Assembly (NCBI GenBank): GCA_965218295.1
Contig: CBDCKN010000009.1
Location: 320,001-384,000 of the forward strand
DNA: 64,000 nt
Source: Longimicrobiales bacterium
GTDB lineage: Bacteria > Gemmatimonadota > Gemmatimonadetes > Longimicrobiales > Gaopeijiaceae
Direction: 5' to 3'
This document shows positions 43,081 through 53,289 of the stretch, piece by piece (position 1 is the stretch's first letter; the number at the start of each line of letters is the position of its first letter). Under the pieces are notes generated by a model. That model had not been told where the DNA came from and made no database searches. It saw only the letters and a list, made by a program, of their open reading frames with translations. The translations under genes were made by a program, and so were the position numbers.

Positions 43081-43506
43081 CTAATCCTCCAGCTCCTCGC
43101 GGCGCTGGAGCGGCCCCCTGACCGCCTCCCCTCCGGGCGGTGGAAACTCCTCCTTCAGGAACGTTGCGATCTGCTCCTGAGACTCAAGGTCAGCCTTGTG
43201 CACCCGCTCAAAGTCGGCGTTAACTGACACGACGATCTGTCTGAGTAGCTTGATGTCCTCCTTGATAAAATCACCCTTGGTCGTCAGTTGTATCACACGC
43301 TCTGATGATGGCTTCACCCGGTTCCCGATCGGCTCTTCCTCGCGTGAACCCGCACTCCTCAACAGCCCCCAGAACATGTCTATCCAGGCCGCAGGCGGGG
43401 TAACTGAGAGGAACAGGTACACGTGGCACTCTTTCGTCTTGTCGAATAGGGGTTCAGGCGAGTCCTCGTCTCGGTACCCCACGATCTCAATCCGTCGGTA
43501 CAACAT
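43081..43506 (-). CDS. hypothetical protein (141 aa)
   Basis: ATG with GGGGAAG RBS; lower-GC codon usage; no recognised family. Confidence 0.6.
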   Translation of the reverse strand: MLYRRIEIVGYRDEDSPEPLFDKTKECHVYLFLSVTPPAAWIDMFWGLLRSAGSREEEPIGNRVKPSSERVIQLTTKGDFIKEDIKLLRQIVVSVNADFERVHKADLESQEQIATFLKEEFPPPGGEAVRGPLQRREELED

Positions 43507-43579
43507 TAGCTTCCCCTTGGTTTAGAGAGGGCCCCCTTACTCACTCCTCCAGCTCCTCGGCCGGTTTCAGGAGCTCCAC

Positions 43580-43735
43580 GGCCCGCTTCCAGGCGAGCCT
43601 CGGGGGGCTCGCGGATCAGGGGTGGATAGAGCGCATAGAACAGGAGGGGAAGCACTACGAGGCTCACGGCTCCGGGCAGGGCCGCGGCCCAACGGCCCCA
43701 GGTGAGCTCGATGCCTGCCTCTCCCGCCAGTGCTA
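43580..43735 (-). pseudogene. internal fragment of a DASS (divalent anion:Na+ symporter) gene
   Basis: LAGEAGIELTWGRWAAALPGAVSLVVLPLLFYALYPP...PEA resembles the DASS mid-region. Confidence 0.55.
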
Positions 43736-43797
43736 CGGCTGGCCCACTGGTTGTGAGCTTCACGTTCAGAGCTTACCATAGCGGACGACCCCCAAGC

Positions 43798-43926
43798 TGT
43801 GCACGGGAGTCAGTCGCACCGCGTCGAGGTTCAGTGGATGAGCTTCTCGAGCTCCTTCAGCCGGTAGGACCGGCCTTTGATGTTAAACATGGCAGTGCTG
43901 GAGCAGCCGTAGAGGAAGGCCGTGGT
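43798..43926 (-). mobile_element. IS21-family remnant, second copy within block U
   Basis: NIKGRSYRLKELEKLIH* on the minus strand. Confidence 0.65.
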
Positions 43927-44010
43927 CACGTTTGTCTCGTGCTTTCACGAGCGCTGTCAGGCCGGCGAGCACCTTGCGACGTGACGTTACTCACAAGAAA
44001 GGAAGATACG

Positions 44011-45672
44011 ATGAAGCGCACGTTCAAGAGATTCACGGTGGGCCTGTCGCTCGCGATGGGAGCGGTGTGGGTCGGGGCCGGCAGCCCGAGCGCCGGTGCG
44101 ATCCTGGCCGTTGAGACAGATCCCAGCGAGGCGGCCCGGCCCGGTGGCCCGTCGGCTGCTGTCGCCGACTGCGAGGCGTTCTTGCCGACAAGACCTTTAC
44201 CTGGTCATCCTCAGCTGCCGACGCCAGACTTCACGTCCCTTCAGGATGCGCCGACGCAGGTGACGGGAGCCCGGGTGGTGGGTGCCGCCGGTGATTTGCC
44301 GGCCCATTGCCGTGTGGAGGGCTATGTCTCACCCAATGTCGAGTTCGTGTTACAACTGCCGGGGAGCTCCGACTGGAACGGCAATTTTCTGGAGGCGAGC
44401 CCTGGCGGCTATGGCGGCTCGACGGGGTCCGGCCGGTGCGATGAGGGATTGCGGAGAGGCTATGCCTGCATCACGCACGATACGGGCCATACGGGCATGA
44501 GCTCCAAGGCCTCGTGGGCCTACAACAATCTCCAGGCGGAGTTTGATTACGGCATCCGCGGCCACCATGTCGTCGCCCTGGCGGGCAAGGCCATCACAGA
44601 ACACTACTACGGCAGGGCGCCAGAGTTCTCCTATCATATGGGCTGTTCCGGCGGCGGCAAGCAGGGGATGGTCGAAGCGCAGCGATTTCCGTGGAACTTC
44701 GACGGCATTCTCGCTCTGGAGCCCTCCACCGTGACGGCCTCGGGCATCCTGCTCCTGTGGAACTCCGTGGCGACTCATGACAAGGACGGCTTTCCACTTT
44801 TCACGCCCGCCGATCTGGACGTACTTCACGAGGGGGCCATCGCCGCATGCGATGCAGACGATGGCCTCGAGGATGGGATCATCGGTGGCGATCCCCGAAC
44901 CTGCGCATTCGATCCTGCCGAGCTGACCTGCGAGCGGGGTCAGAGATCGGGCTGTCTGTCGCCGATCCAGGTGGAGGCGGCCAGGAAAGTTTACGAGGGG
45001 CCGGTGTCGTCGGAAGGCGAGAAGCTCAGCAGATACTTCCCATGGTACCCCGCCACGCCCGGCTCGGAGCTGGGCAACTACTTTTCCATGGATCGCAGGT
45101 ATAAGACTAATTACTGGCAGTACATGGGTTTCAATCCGGATCCGGGGCCGAGCTGGACGTCGGACGATTTTGATTTCGACCACGATTACAAGCGCACCGG
45201 GATGATGGATCAGATTGTGAGTGGCTACAACAATCCCGATCTGCGTAACTTGAAGGCTGCGGGTCACAAGCTGATGGTCATCCAGGGCTGGGACGACTCC
45301 GGTCTTCCCGGGCCGAAAGTCAGCGTCGACTACTATGAGATGGTGGAAAAAATCGTAGGCGGGCGGGCCAGCACCCAGGAATTTTATCGCCTCTTCATGA
45401 TTCCGGGGCGGTCGCATTGCCGTGGTGGCGATGGTGCGTCTAACGGCGACTTTCTCAGCTATCTAGAAGCCTGGGTCGAAGAGGGTCAGGCGCCCGACAT
45501 GATGATAGGCTATCATCCCGAAGGATTTTCCGGTAATGCGAGTACATCGATACCCCACAAGTACACATTCACTCGGCCTCATTATCCATATCCGCTGCAG
45601 GCGAGATACAAAGGCAGCGGCGATCCGAACGACTATCGGAACTTCGAGCCTGTCGAACCAAGGAATCGCTGA
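44011..45672 (+). CDS. tannase/feruloyl esterase family alpha/beta hydrolase, copy 4
   Basis: GCSGGG, GWDD and PGRSHC; intact; ATG at 44011. Confidence 0.92.
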   Translation: MKRTFKRFTVGLSLAMGAVWVGAGSPSAGAILAVETDPSEAARPGGPSAAVADCEAFLPTRPLPGHPQLPTPDFTSLQDAPTQVTGARVVGAAGDLPAHCRVEGYVSPNVEFVLQLPGSSDWNGNFLEASPGGYGGSTGSGRCDEGLRRGYACITHDTGHTGMSSKASWAYNNLQAEFDYGIRGHHVVALAGKAITEHYYGRAPEFSYHMGCSGGGKQGMVEAQRFPWNFDGILALEPSTVTASGILLLWNSVATHDKDGFPLFTPADLDVLHEGAIAACDADDGLEDGIIGGDPRTCAFDPAELTCERGQRSGCLSPIQVEAARKVYEGPVSSEGEKLSRYFPWYPATPGSELGNYFSMDRRYKTNYWQYMGFNPDPGPSWTSDDFDFDHDYKRTGMMDQIVSGYNNPDLRNLKAAGHKLMVIQGWDDSGLPGPKVSVDYYEMVEKIVGGRASTQEFYRLFMIPGRSHCRGGDGASNGDFLSYLEAWVEEGQAPDMMIGYHPEGFSGNASTSIPHKYTFTRPHYPYPLQARYKGSGDPNDYRNFEPVEPRNR

Positions 45673-46003
45673 GGTCGTACGTTCCGTCATAAAAGCCCCG
45701 GGTCCCACGAGATCCGCTACCAGGCCGGCATCTGGGAGCGCGAGCACAGGAGCGTGCTCGTCGTGCTCGAGTGACCCGGGGGGAAGGGCCATCTCGCTCT
45801 TCATCCCTGGGGACCGGACGCGCCGCTAAAGTTGGTGCATCCCACTTGAACGCCTTGAACGCCTCAATAAATGGCTGCGGAAGGCAGAGAAGCTCGCAGG
45901 CGTGAAGCCCGGCGGTTCTTGCACAGAACATTGCACACCACTGGGTGTAGCTGAACGCGGCTGTGTGAGAATATCGCGCAGTTGTACGACGAGCCGACAC
46001 AAA

Positions 46004-46076
46004 TGGGGTGTAGCTCAACCGGCAGAGCGCCTGGCTGTTAACCAGGAGGTTGGTGGTTCGAACCCACCCACCCCAG
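46004..46076 (+). tRNA. tRNA-Asn(GTT), CCA not encoded
   Basis: Acceptor TGGGGTG/CACCCCA, D arm GCTC/GAGC, anticodon arm CCTGG-CTGTTAA-CCAGG, T arm GGTGG-TTCGAAC-CCACC, discriminator G. Confidence 0.96.
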
Positions 46077-46516
46077 TTGGAGAGAACCTAATCCCTGCAA
46101 GGTTTTTCGGGCCTGCGGGGCCTTCACTTACTTGATGGACGAAACACTGCGTGCACAGTGCGTGCACGGGCCGCCGAGAGTCATTGTCGGTGGGTGTCTG
46201 CCGTGTCCCTCGGCAGTGGTGGCGACCGAACCGAGGAGCTCCCCGAGCCTACATCCTCCAAGTGCCGCTCAACTCGTCTTCAGACGGGAGACGGCATGCG
46301 ACACGGGCGCACTCCGGGATCAGACCGAAGTCAACATCCGAGAGTGGGCCGGTAGGCACAAGCAGAACCCTGGAAACCACGCCAGAATCACCATACTGGA
46401 TACGTGGGCGCAAATAGTGGTGTTGTGCCGAGGGTGCGGCCCACTAGGATCCGGCGCGAGCCGTAACATGACCGGGAGAGGCCGAAGCCCCTTTCCCGTC
46501 TGAAAAAGGGAGCGGT

Positions 46517-47129
46517 CTAACGCGCCATAGTGAACGGCACCGTCGCCAGTTGGTCGTCGAACCAAATCGTGAAGTCACCGCCCTGCTGGGTCATGTTGGT
46601 AAAGGTGATGATAAGCTGGTCGGCCGCCCTCTCGATGGTCTGCACGGACATAGTGGTGCGCAGGACGTCGTGCTCATCCGTGTATCCGTACGAGCCCCAC
46701 AGGGCGTTCGGGTTGGTTTCCCGGAAGGTCTGCTTCACGCCCCAGGTGGAGAAGATCAACGTCCACTCGTCCTCCTCCAGGTCCGCGAAAATGCTGTATT
46801 CGCCGGCCGGAAGGCGCTGGTTGCCGAACATCAGGTCCGTCCCTGCGTAGAAACGCGTCGATATGTTGGCCCCGATTCTCCACATCGGTGCCCCACGGAG
46901 AAAGGCGTCCCCGTATGTGGGGCCGGACCCGAACATGTTCTCGCGCCCCCGCAGGATCGGGCGACCGTAGTCCACCACGATCCACCAGCCGCCCTCGTAT
47001 TGACCGTCCGCGTTGTACGCCCCGCCGACTTGCGTGTGCGCTTCTCCTCGCGGGCTCGGTTGACGGGCCTGCCCCTCCAGGGTGATCGGGAACGAACAGG
47101 AAGACTGCGCAGGTTAGTACTCGAAGCAT
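46517..47129 (-). pseudogene. DUF2911 family secreted protein; frameshift near 47087
   Basis: Signal peptide in one frame; SPRG...VDYGRP..RGR...WRIGAN...LPAGEYSIF in another. Confidence 0.75.
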
Positions 47130-47172
47130 GGTCATCTCTCCTATGGTCATCTCTCCTATGGTCATCTCTCCT
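47128..47172. repeat. 15-bp tandem repeat x3 containing an RBS and ATG
   Basis: Minus strand AGGAGAGATGACCAT three times. Confidence 0.95.
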
Positions 47173-47249
47173 AAGGATAGGTAAAATAAAAGCCCTTTGA
47201 CAGGTCCCGATAACGTGAGGGTGGAGGACCAGACCGGTCAACCAGGGAT

Positions 47250-47517
47250 GCTCACGCCGGGGCTGGGCTTCTTCGATTGCGGCGGCGTCCGCTTGATGCT
47301 TGATGGTCCGGCCAAGGCACAAGCGGGTCAGAGCTCGGTCATCTACTACATAGTCGATGATCCCAACGCGGCCCATCAGACCCTCTCCGAGCGAGGAGTG
47401 GTATTCGAGGCCGCGCCACACCTTGTCGCGCCAATGCCCGATCACGAACTGTGGATGGCATTCCTTCGCGATCCGGACCGGAACCTCCTCGCAATGATGT
47501 GTGAGGTCCGTTCGTAG
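47250..47517 (+). pseudogene. VOC/glyoxalase family protein, 5'-truncated
   Basis: FFDCGGVRLML...RGVVF...WMAFLRDPDRNLL; the usual N-terminal strand/helix is missing. Confidence 0.65.
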
Positions 47518-47571
47518 GATGGGCTAGCACGGGCCGTGTGCCGGGAAGCGGCGGCTCCTGGCGTTGTCCGG

Positions 47572-48087
47572 TCAGTCCACCCGATCGTCCACGCCGTGGC
47601 CCTGCTTGGCGACCAGAATCGTTCGCTCGAAGGTCATGAACACGGTGCCGTCCGCCTTCTTTCCGGTAGTCCGGATCCAGACGATCCCCTGGGTCGGCCG
47701 CGACTTGGACTCCCGCTTGTCCAGCACCTCGCTCTCGGCGTAGACGGTGTCCCCGTGGAAGACGGGGGCGGTGAGCTTGATGTCGGGCCAGCCTAGGTTC
47801 GCGATCGCCCTCTGGCTCACGTCGCTCACGCTCATCCCCGCCACTATGCCGAGGGTGAGGCCGCTGTTCACCAGGGGCTTCCCGAACTCGCTCTTCGCCG
47901 CGTACTCCCAGTCGAAGTGCAGCGGGTGCGTGGCCATCGTGAGGAGGGTGAACCAGATGTTGTCGCTTTCGGTGATCGTCCGTCCCGGCCGGTGCTCGTA
48001 GACGTCCCCGACCTCGAAGTCCTCAAAGTAACGCCCGATGTCCTCCCGATACCGGTGAGGTCCAACTTTCGTCGAGCGAAACGCCAT
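47572..48087 (-). CDS. MaoC-family (R)-hydratase/dehydratase
   Basis: GRYFEDFEVG...GRTITESDN...HPLHFD...PVFHGDT; GGAGAG RBS. Confidence 0.9.
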   Translation of the reverse strand: MAFRSTKVGPHRYREDIGRYFEDFEVGDVYEHRPGRTITESDNIWFTLLTMATHPLHFDWEYAAKSEFGKPLVNSGLTLGIVAGMSVSDVSQRAIANLGWPDIKLTAPVFHGDTVYAESEVLDKRESKSRPTQGIVWIRTTGKKADGTVFMTFERTILVAKQGHGVDDRVD

Positions 48088-48129
48088 GATGACTCTCCGG
48101 TGGGTGTGCGCTCAAGAATACGACCGACC

Positions 48130-48275
48130 TGAAGGGCCAGATTCTGCAACTCTGAGGCGGCGAGTCCCTCCGATTCCTCCGTCAACCGCTTCGGGAAGTC
48201 ATCGGCGAGTGGAAGGTCGATTCCCTGGGTCAGCAGCAGGCCCTTGATCCGATTTATCCGCTGCATCCGCTCTAC
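48130..48275 (-). mobile_element. IS110-family transposase fragment
   Basis: ERMQRINRIKGLLLTQGI resembles the IS110 central helix motif. Confidence 0.55.
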
Positions 48276-48429
48276 ACCACTAACCGAAAACCAAGTCCGC
48301 AGCAAGCGGCGCCTGGGAGAAGGATCTCCGAAGATTGCTGAGATCCGGAGGAGTCTCATCATGCGGCCCTCCAAGCCCCGAGGACGCTCCGGCCTACTCA
48401 GGATACCGAATACAACCCGAAGACGGTCA

Positions 48430-48615
48430 GAACGTGTTTGCGAGCGTCCTTCGAGACCATACCTCCAGCCACCGATGTTGACGTCGGTTGTGTCGACGCG
48501 GCGACGCCCCTATGGTGCACCGAGAAGCACCCCGACGGCGGCAGCCCGATTCGGATGGCGAGTTGGAAGAGAGAGTACGGGCGAACTCGACAGAACTGGT
48601 GGGATCGTGACGGGA
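48430..48615 (+). mobile_element. degenerate IS3-family transposase (OrfB HTH) fragment
   Basis: RRPYGAPR...RFGWRVGRE...TGGIV resembles YGAPRI...G..VGRKRVARLMR..GI. Confidence 0.45.
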
Positions 48616-48726
48616 TAGGGATCGAGGATCACGAGGCGGGGCCTTCGGGTTTTTGCGGGCTTCCAGGTGGTCCGCGGACGAAACGGGTTGCGAATGCGGA
48701 GAGGGATGCACAGGAGGGAGGAGATC

Positions 48727-50613
48727 ATGAGGGGCAAGTGGCGGCGTTGGACGGGTGCAGCGTGGGCGGCTCTGGCCGTGGCGGTGTTGGCGTCTTTCCC
48801 GGCGGTGGGGCAGGCCGCGGCACAGGCGAAGGACCAGTTCTACGAGTACCACGTCACGCCCAACGTGATGGTCCCGATGCAGGACGGCGTGCGGATGGCC
48901 ACAGACGTCTACCGGCCGGCGCGGAACGGCCAGCCGGTGCAGGGCCGCTGGCCCGTCGTTCTGTTCCGGATTCCGTACAACAAGCTGCAGCCCAGGTACA
49001 TCGCGCAGGCGAGGTTCTTCGCGGAGCACGGCTACGTGTACGTGGCTCAGGACGTGCGGGGACGCTTCGCATCGGAGGGGTTGTATCACCCCTTCGGTAC
49101 GGAGCTGAGTCCGGACGGGTACGACGCGGTGGTGTGGGCGAGCAAGCAGCCGTGGTCGAACGGCAGGGTGGCAACCATCGGGATCTCCTACGGAGGGCTC
49201 ACGCAGATCACCATGGGCGTAGAGGATCCACCCGGCCTGGCCGCCCAGTTCGTGCAGCAGATCTGGGACAAGGGTTGGGAGAACGGGATGTACGTGAATG
49301 GCGCTTTTCACATGCGCCGGATCAGCTGGATCACGAGCCAGGCGTCCGTGAGCAGAGAGGCAGCGCAGGATCCACTGGTGCGGGTCGCGATCGAGAGGAT
49401 GAACGAAGACGTGATGTCCTGGGTCCATCGCTTCCCCCACGCGTTCCGCCGGGGGGCGTCCCCGCTTGCTCTCGCCCCGAACTACGAGGAATTCCTCTCC
49501 GCCGGTATCGAGAACAACCGTTTCGGACCCTACTGGCAGAGGAAGGGCGGTCTCAACACCAAGGACTTCTGGGACTCCTACGCGGACGTTCCCGTGCTCT
49601 GGCAGGGTGGCTGGTACGATGTCATACCGGTGCAGACGATCAATCAGTATCTGAGGACGGCGGCTAAGAACAAGAGTGTTCAGAAGCTCCTCATGGGTCC
49701 GTGGACTCATGGCCGGCCCCTGTCCAACTCGGGCGATGTCGAGTTCGGGATGGAGGCCGTGGTGAACTTCGACATCATCGGGCTCCGCTGGTTCGACCAG
49801 TTCCTGAAGGGCGTGGATACGGGGATCCTTGAGGACCCACCGATTCGCATCTTCGTGATGGGAGGCGGTGATGGACACCGCACAACAGAGGGTCGGATCT
49901 TCCACGGCGGGGAGTGGCGCTTCGAGAACGAGTGGCCCCTGGCTCATGCCCGGAATACCGCCTTCTACTTTCACGGAGACGGGAGCCTGAGGCCCGAGCC
50001 GCCCGGCAGCGACGCGCGCCCGACGGCGTACATGCACGATCCGTCGAACCCCGTGCCCACCATCGGCGGCGTGGACGCCTTCGCGTATCCGAAGGGCCCG
50101 GGAGGTTTCGATCAGCGGGACCTGGACGGACGGCCCCTGCGGCTGCGGCCGGACGTCGTGGTGTTCCAGACGCCTCCGCTGGAGCGGGACGTGGAGGTGA
50201 CGGGCCCGATCATGGTGACGCTGCACGCCTCTTCTTCGGCCATCGACACCGATTTCACGGTGAAGGTCCTGGACGTCTATCCCCCGAGCCGGGACTGGCC
50301 GGAAGGGTTCGAGATGAACCTGAGCGACGTCATTCTGCGGGCGGCGTACCGAGAGGGGGAGAAGGATCCGGCGCCGCTGGAGCCGGGCCGCGTTTACGAG
50401 TTCACCTTCGAGGTCCCGCCGGTGAGCAACGTGTTCAAGGCGGGCCATCGGATCCGGGTCGACATCGCCAGCAGCAACTATCCCCGCTTCGACGTGAACC
50501 CCGGAACCATGGATCATCCCTGGGAGCGCCGCAGGTATGTCAAGGCGGAGAACCGGATCTATCACGACCGGGAACGCCCGTCGCATATCCTGCTCCCCAT
50601 GATTCCGCGGTAG
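48727..50613 (+). CDS. CocE/NonD family (S15) serine hydrolase, secreted
   Basis: Signal peptide, QDVRGRFASEG, GISYGG, GGWYD, GPWTH and HRIRVDIASSNYPRF; GGAGG RBS. Confidence 0.92.
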   Translation: MRGKWRRWTGAAWAALAVAVLASFPAVGQAAAQAKDQFYEYHVTPNVMVPMQDGVRMATDVYRPARNGQPVQGRWPVVLFRIPYNKLQPRYIAQARFFAEHGYVYVAQDVRGRFASEGLYHPFGTELSPDGYDAVVWASKQPWSNGRVATIGISYGGLTQITMGVEDPPGLAAQFVQQIWDKGWENGMYVNGAFHMRRISWITSQASVSREAAQDPLVRVAIERMNEDVMSWVHRFPHAFRRGASPLALAPNYEEFLSAGIENNRFGPYWQRKGGLNTKDFWDSYADVPVLWQGGWYDVIPVQTINQYLRTAAKNKSVQKLLMGPWTHGRPLSNSGDVEFGMEAVVNFDIIGLRWFDQFLKGVDTGILEDPPIRIFVMGGGDGHRTTEGRIFHGGEWRFENEWPLAHARNTAFYFHGDGSLRPEPPGSDARPTAYMHDPSNPVPTIGGVDAFAYPKGPGGFDQRDLDGRPLRLRPDVVVFQTPPLERDVEVTGPIMVTLHASSSAIDTDFTVKVLDVYPPSRDWPEGFEMNLSDVILRAAYREGEKDPAPLEPGRVYEFTFEVPPVSNVFKAGHRIRVDIASSNYPRFDVNPGTMDHPWERRRYVKAENRIYHDRERPSHILLPMIPR

Positions 50614-50695
50614 GTAGGAGTGGGCGTAGGTCGCAGTCGGGACTCCCGGCATGCTATCATGGCCCCATGCTTGACTCCGCCTCGAACGACTCGGG

Positions 50696-50935
50696 ATGGG
50701 AACGATCATCCTGTCGGCGCTGGTGGCCCACACGGGCTGGCACTGGATGACCGCCCGGGGTGGCGAGCTCATCCAATATCAGTTCCGCTGGCCCGCCCTC
50801 GACATGGCGCTGCTCATGAACGCTCTCGGGTGGCTGCCGCTGATCTCGGTCCTGTCAGGCGGGGGATGGCTCGTGTACGGGTTCCTCCGGCAAACCGCCG
50901 AGCAGGGAGCCGGGTCGGAGAGATTCAGTTCGTAG
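50696..50935 (+). pseudogene. C-terminal fragment of a HupE/UreJ-like membrane protein
   Basis: GTIILSALVAHTGWHWM motif with no upstream coding region. Confidence 0.5.
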
Positions 50936-51094
50936 TATGGAGCGATCCAGCTCGACATCGGGATCTACACGTGATCGGGCCACTGCTTTCTCGGAATCAC
51001 CCGTGTTGCCTACGGCAGCCCGGACCGAATACGTTTGCTCCGCCATCAGAACAGGTTACGGGCCACCACCTTGCCACTCGCCAGGAGCCGCGCC

Positions 51095-51568
51095 ATGACC
51101 CCCGCGATGACGCCCAGAGCAGCCGCGTGGTCGACCGCCACAACCGTCGCCCTGATGCTCGCAGCATGTGGAGGCGCACCCGACGCGGGCGAGGCGGACA
51201 CTGCCGAGACCCAGCCGGCTCCCGCCGCTCCTTCAGTCACGATCACCCAGCCTGCCGATGACGCCGTGATAGAGGGCAGCTCGGTGCTCGTGATGCTCGA
51301 GGTCTCCGACCTGCGAATCGTCCCCGCCGGGACGCAAGAGGATGGCACGGGCCACCACCATCTGATCGTCGACACCGATCTTCCGGAGGCTGGTGTGGTC
51401 ATCCCGTCTACTCCGGGGGTCCACATCCACATGGGGGCGGCCCAGACCGAGTTCGAGCTGACCGACCTTGCGGCGGGTGAGCACACGGTCATCGCCGTGG
51501 TGGGTGACTGGGGGCACGTCCCGTTGGATCCGTGGGTGGTGGACACCATCAGGTTCGTCGTTCAGTAG
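51095..51568 (+). CDS. DUF4399-like lipoprotein
   Basis: Lipobox LAAC; GHHHLIVD, IHMGAAQTE and GEHT. Confidence 0.8.
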   Translation: MTPAMTPRAAAWSTATTVALMLAACGGAPDAGEADTAETQPAPAAPSVTITQPADDAVIEGSSVLVMLEVSDLRIVPAGTQEDGTGHHHLIVDTDLPEAGVVIPSTPGVHIHMGAAQTEFELTDLAAGEHTVIAVVGDWGHVPLDPWVVDTIRFVVQ

Positions 51569-51726
51569 CAGAAGGGGGGCGAGGGAGGATCACTGTCTGA
51601 ACACCGAGTAGTCATGGGCGACTTCACCCGCCTGGCAGGCACCTTGGAATTCTCCGAGGTGAATCACGAGCTCAGAGCGCCTGTAGGCCGCTGCGGGGAC
51701 CCCGCCGCCAACGTCGAGCGAGGCCC

Positions 51727-53268
51727 TCACCTCGCCGCGCTCCGCAGTCTGCCCCGGTCCACCTTTCCCAGGTGGGTCCGGGGCAGGTCGTCCATGAAGT
51801 GGATCACCCGAGGGTACTTGTGGGGCGCCAACGTCCCCTTCACGTAGAGTTGCAGCTCGGTGGCCAGGGCGTCGCTGGGCTGGCACGCGGCATTCTCCTC
51901 TCGCACGATGAACGCGTGGGGATTCGTCAGCCCGTCGGCGTCCACGACACCCACGACGGCGCAGTCGTCCACTGCAGGATGCTGCAGAAGGCAGTTCTCC
52001 ACCTCCATGGGTGACAGCCACTTCCCCGAGACTTTGAGCACGTCGTCGGAGCGACCGGCATAGGTGAAGACGCCGTCTTCGCTCCGGTTGACCATGTCGC
52101 CGGATAGGTACCACTCGCCCTGGAAAGCCTGGCGGGTCTTCTCGTCGTCCTGCCAGTAACCGATGGCCCGCGAGTCGCCCCGAACTCGTAACAGGCCCAC
52201 TTCTCCCGGAGGGAGCTCATCCCCGTCGTCATCACAGACCTTCACCTCGAATCCCGGCACCACGGTCCCGAGCGTGCCGGGGCGCACGTGGCCGGGCCGA
52301 TTGGAGAGGAAGATGTGCCACATCTCGGCGGTCCCGAGTCCGTCCAGAAGGTCGACGCCGAACATGTCGTTCCAACGACGGTGGAGTTCCACCGGGAGGG
52401 CCTCGCCCGCCGAGGTCGCCAGCCTCAGGCAGGAGAGGTCCTGAGTCTCCGCGTCCTCGTGGCTCACCATGTGGTTCACCATGGTGGGCACGTTGATCAG
52501 GATGGTGGGCCGGAAACGCCGGATCTTCTCGAAGAGGACGTCCGTCACGCAACGCTCGGGGAAGAGGACCGCCGATGCGCCCACCGAGAACGGAAAGAGG
52601 AGGTTCGATCCCGTGGCGTATCCGAAGTAGAGCTTCGGCACCGAGAGGGTGATGTCGTCCTCCGAGTATCCGAGATGTTTCTTGGCGTAGCACTCCGTGG
52701 TGTTGGCGAAGGAGCGATGGGGCTGGACGACGGCCTTCGGCTGCCCCGTGGTGCCCCCGGAGAAGAGCCAGATAGCCGGATCGTCGGGGTGCGCGGGGAA
52801 GCCTTCCAGCTCGGGGCTGGCCTGGTCCAGGGAGTCGTGGAGCTCGTCCTCACCCACGACCAGGATCCGTTCGGGGCAGGGTACCCCCCCGGCGGCTTCC
52901 ACGAACGCCTCTGCCGTGTCGTCATGGATCAGGGCCAGCGTCGCCCCGGTGTAGCGGTAGAAGTACTCGATGGCGTCGGGCTTCAGCTCCGGGTTGACCA
53001 TGACGACGACGGCGCCGATTTTGAGCACCCCGAACAGGGCCGCCACGTACTCCGGTCCGTCCGGGAGCGCGATGATGACGCGCTGCTCCGGCTCGACGCC
53101 GGCGTCCCGTAGGACGTTGCCGAAGCGGTTGGCGAGCTCTTGGACCTCGAGGTAGGTGAGGTCACCCGAATCCGTACGAAGCGCGATCCGGTCGCCCCGC
53201 CCTTCCTGGATTCGTGCATCCAGGAAGTACTCGGCGATATTGAAATCTTCGGAATACATGCCGGTCAT
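51727..53268 (-). CDS. benzoate/anthranilate-CoA ligase family protein
   Basis: LFSGGTTGQPK, KLYFGYATG, SAGEALP, DGLGTAEMWHIFLSN and LPRTHLGK. Confidence 0.9.
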   Translation of the reverse strand: MTGMYSEDFNIAEYFLDARIQEGRGDRIALRTDSGDLTYLEVQELANRFGNVLRDAGVEPEQRVIIALPDGPEYVAALFGVLKIGAVVVMVNPELKPDAIEYFYRYTGATLALIHDDTAEAFVEAAGGVPCPERILVVGEDELHDSLDQASPELEGFPAHPDDPAIWLFSGGTTGQPKAVVQPHRSFANTTECYAKKHLGYSEDDITLSVPKLYFGYATGSNLLFPFSVGASAVLFPERCVTDVLFEKIRRFRPTILINVPTMVNHMVSHEDAETQDLSCLRLATSAGEALPVELHRRWNDMFGVDLLDGLGTAEMWHIFLSNRPGHVRPGTLGTVVPGFEVKVCDDDGDELPPGEVGLLRVRGDSRAIGYWQDDEKTRQAFQGEWYLSGDMVNRSEDGVFTYAGRSDDVLKVSGKWLSPMEVENCLLQHPAVDDCAVVGVVDADGLTNPHAFIVREENAACQPSDALATELQLYVKGTLAPHKYPRVIHFMDDLPRTHLGKVDRGRLRSAAR

Positions 53269-53289
53269 GGCCCGATGATAGGAGCATCC

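Noticed and set aside
37921..45672. Diversity-generating retroelement as the cause of esterase variation
   Set aside because: There is no reverse transcriptase or template repeat in the window, and differences include indels and are not restricted to adenines.
46004..46076. attL/attR pair at tRNA-Asn
   Set aside because: I found no second copy of the tRNA 3' end and no integrase in the window.
447..50772. Many long antisense or alternate-frame ORFs (for example 447-1709, 1850-3553, 3782-5401, 48427-50772)
   Set aside because: They overlap well-supported genes and have low-complexity Arg/Pro/Gly or antisense-codon composition expected in high-GC DNA.
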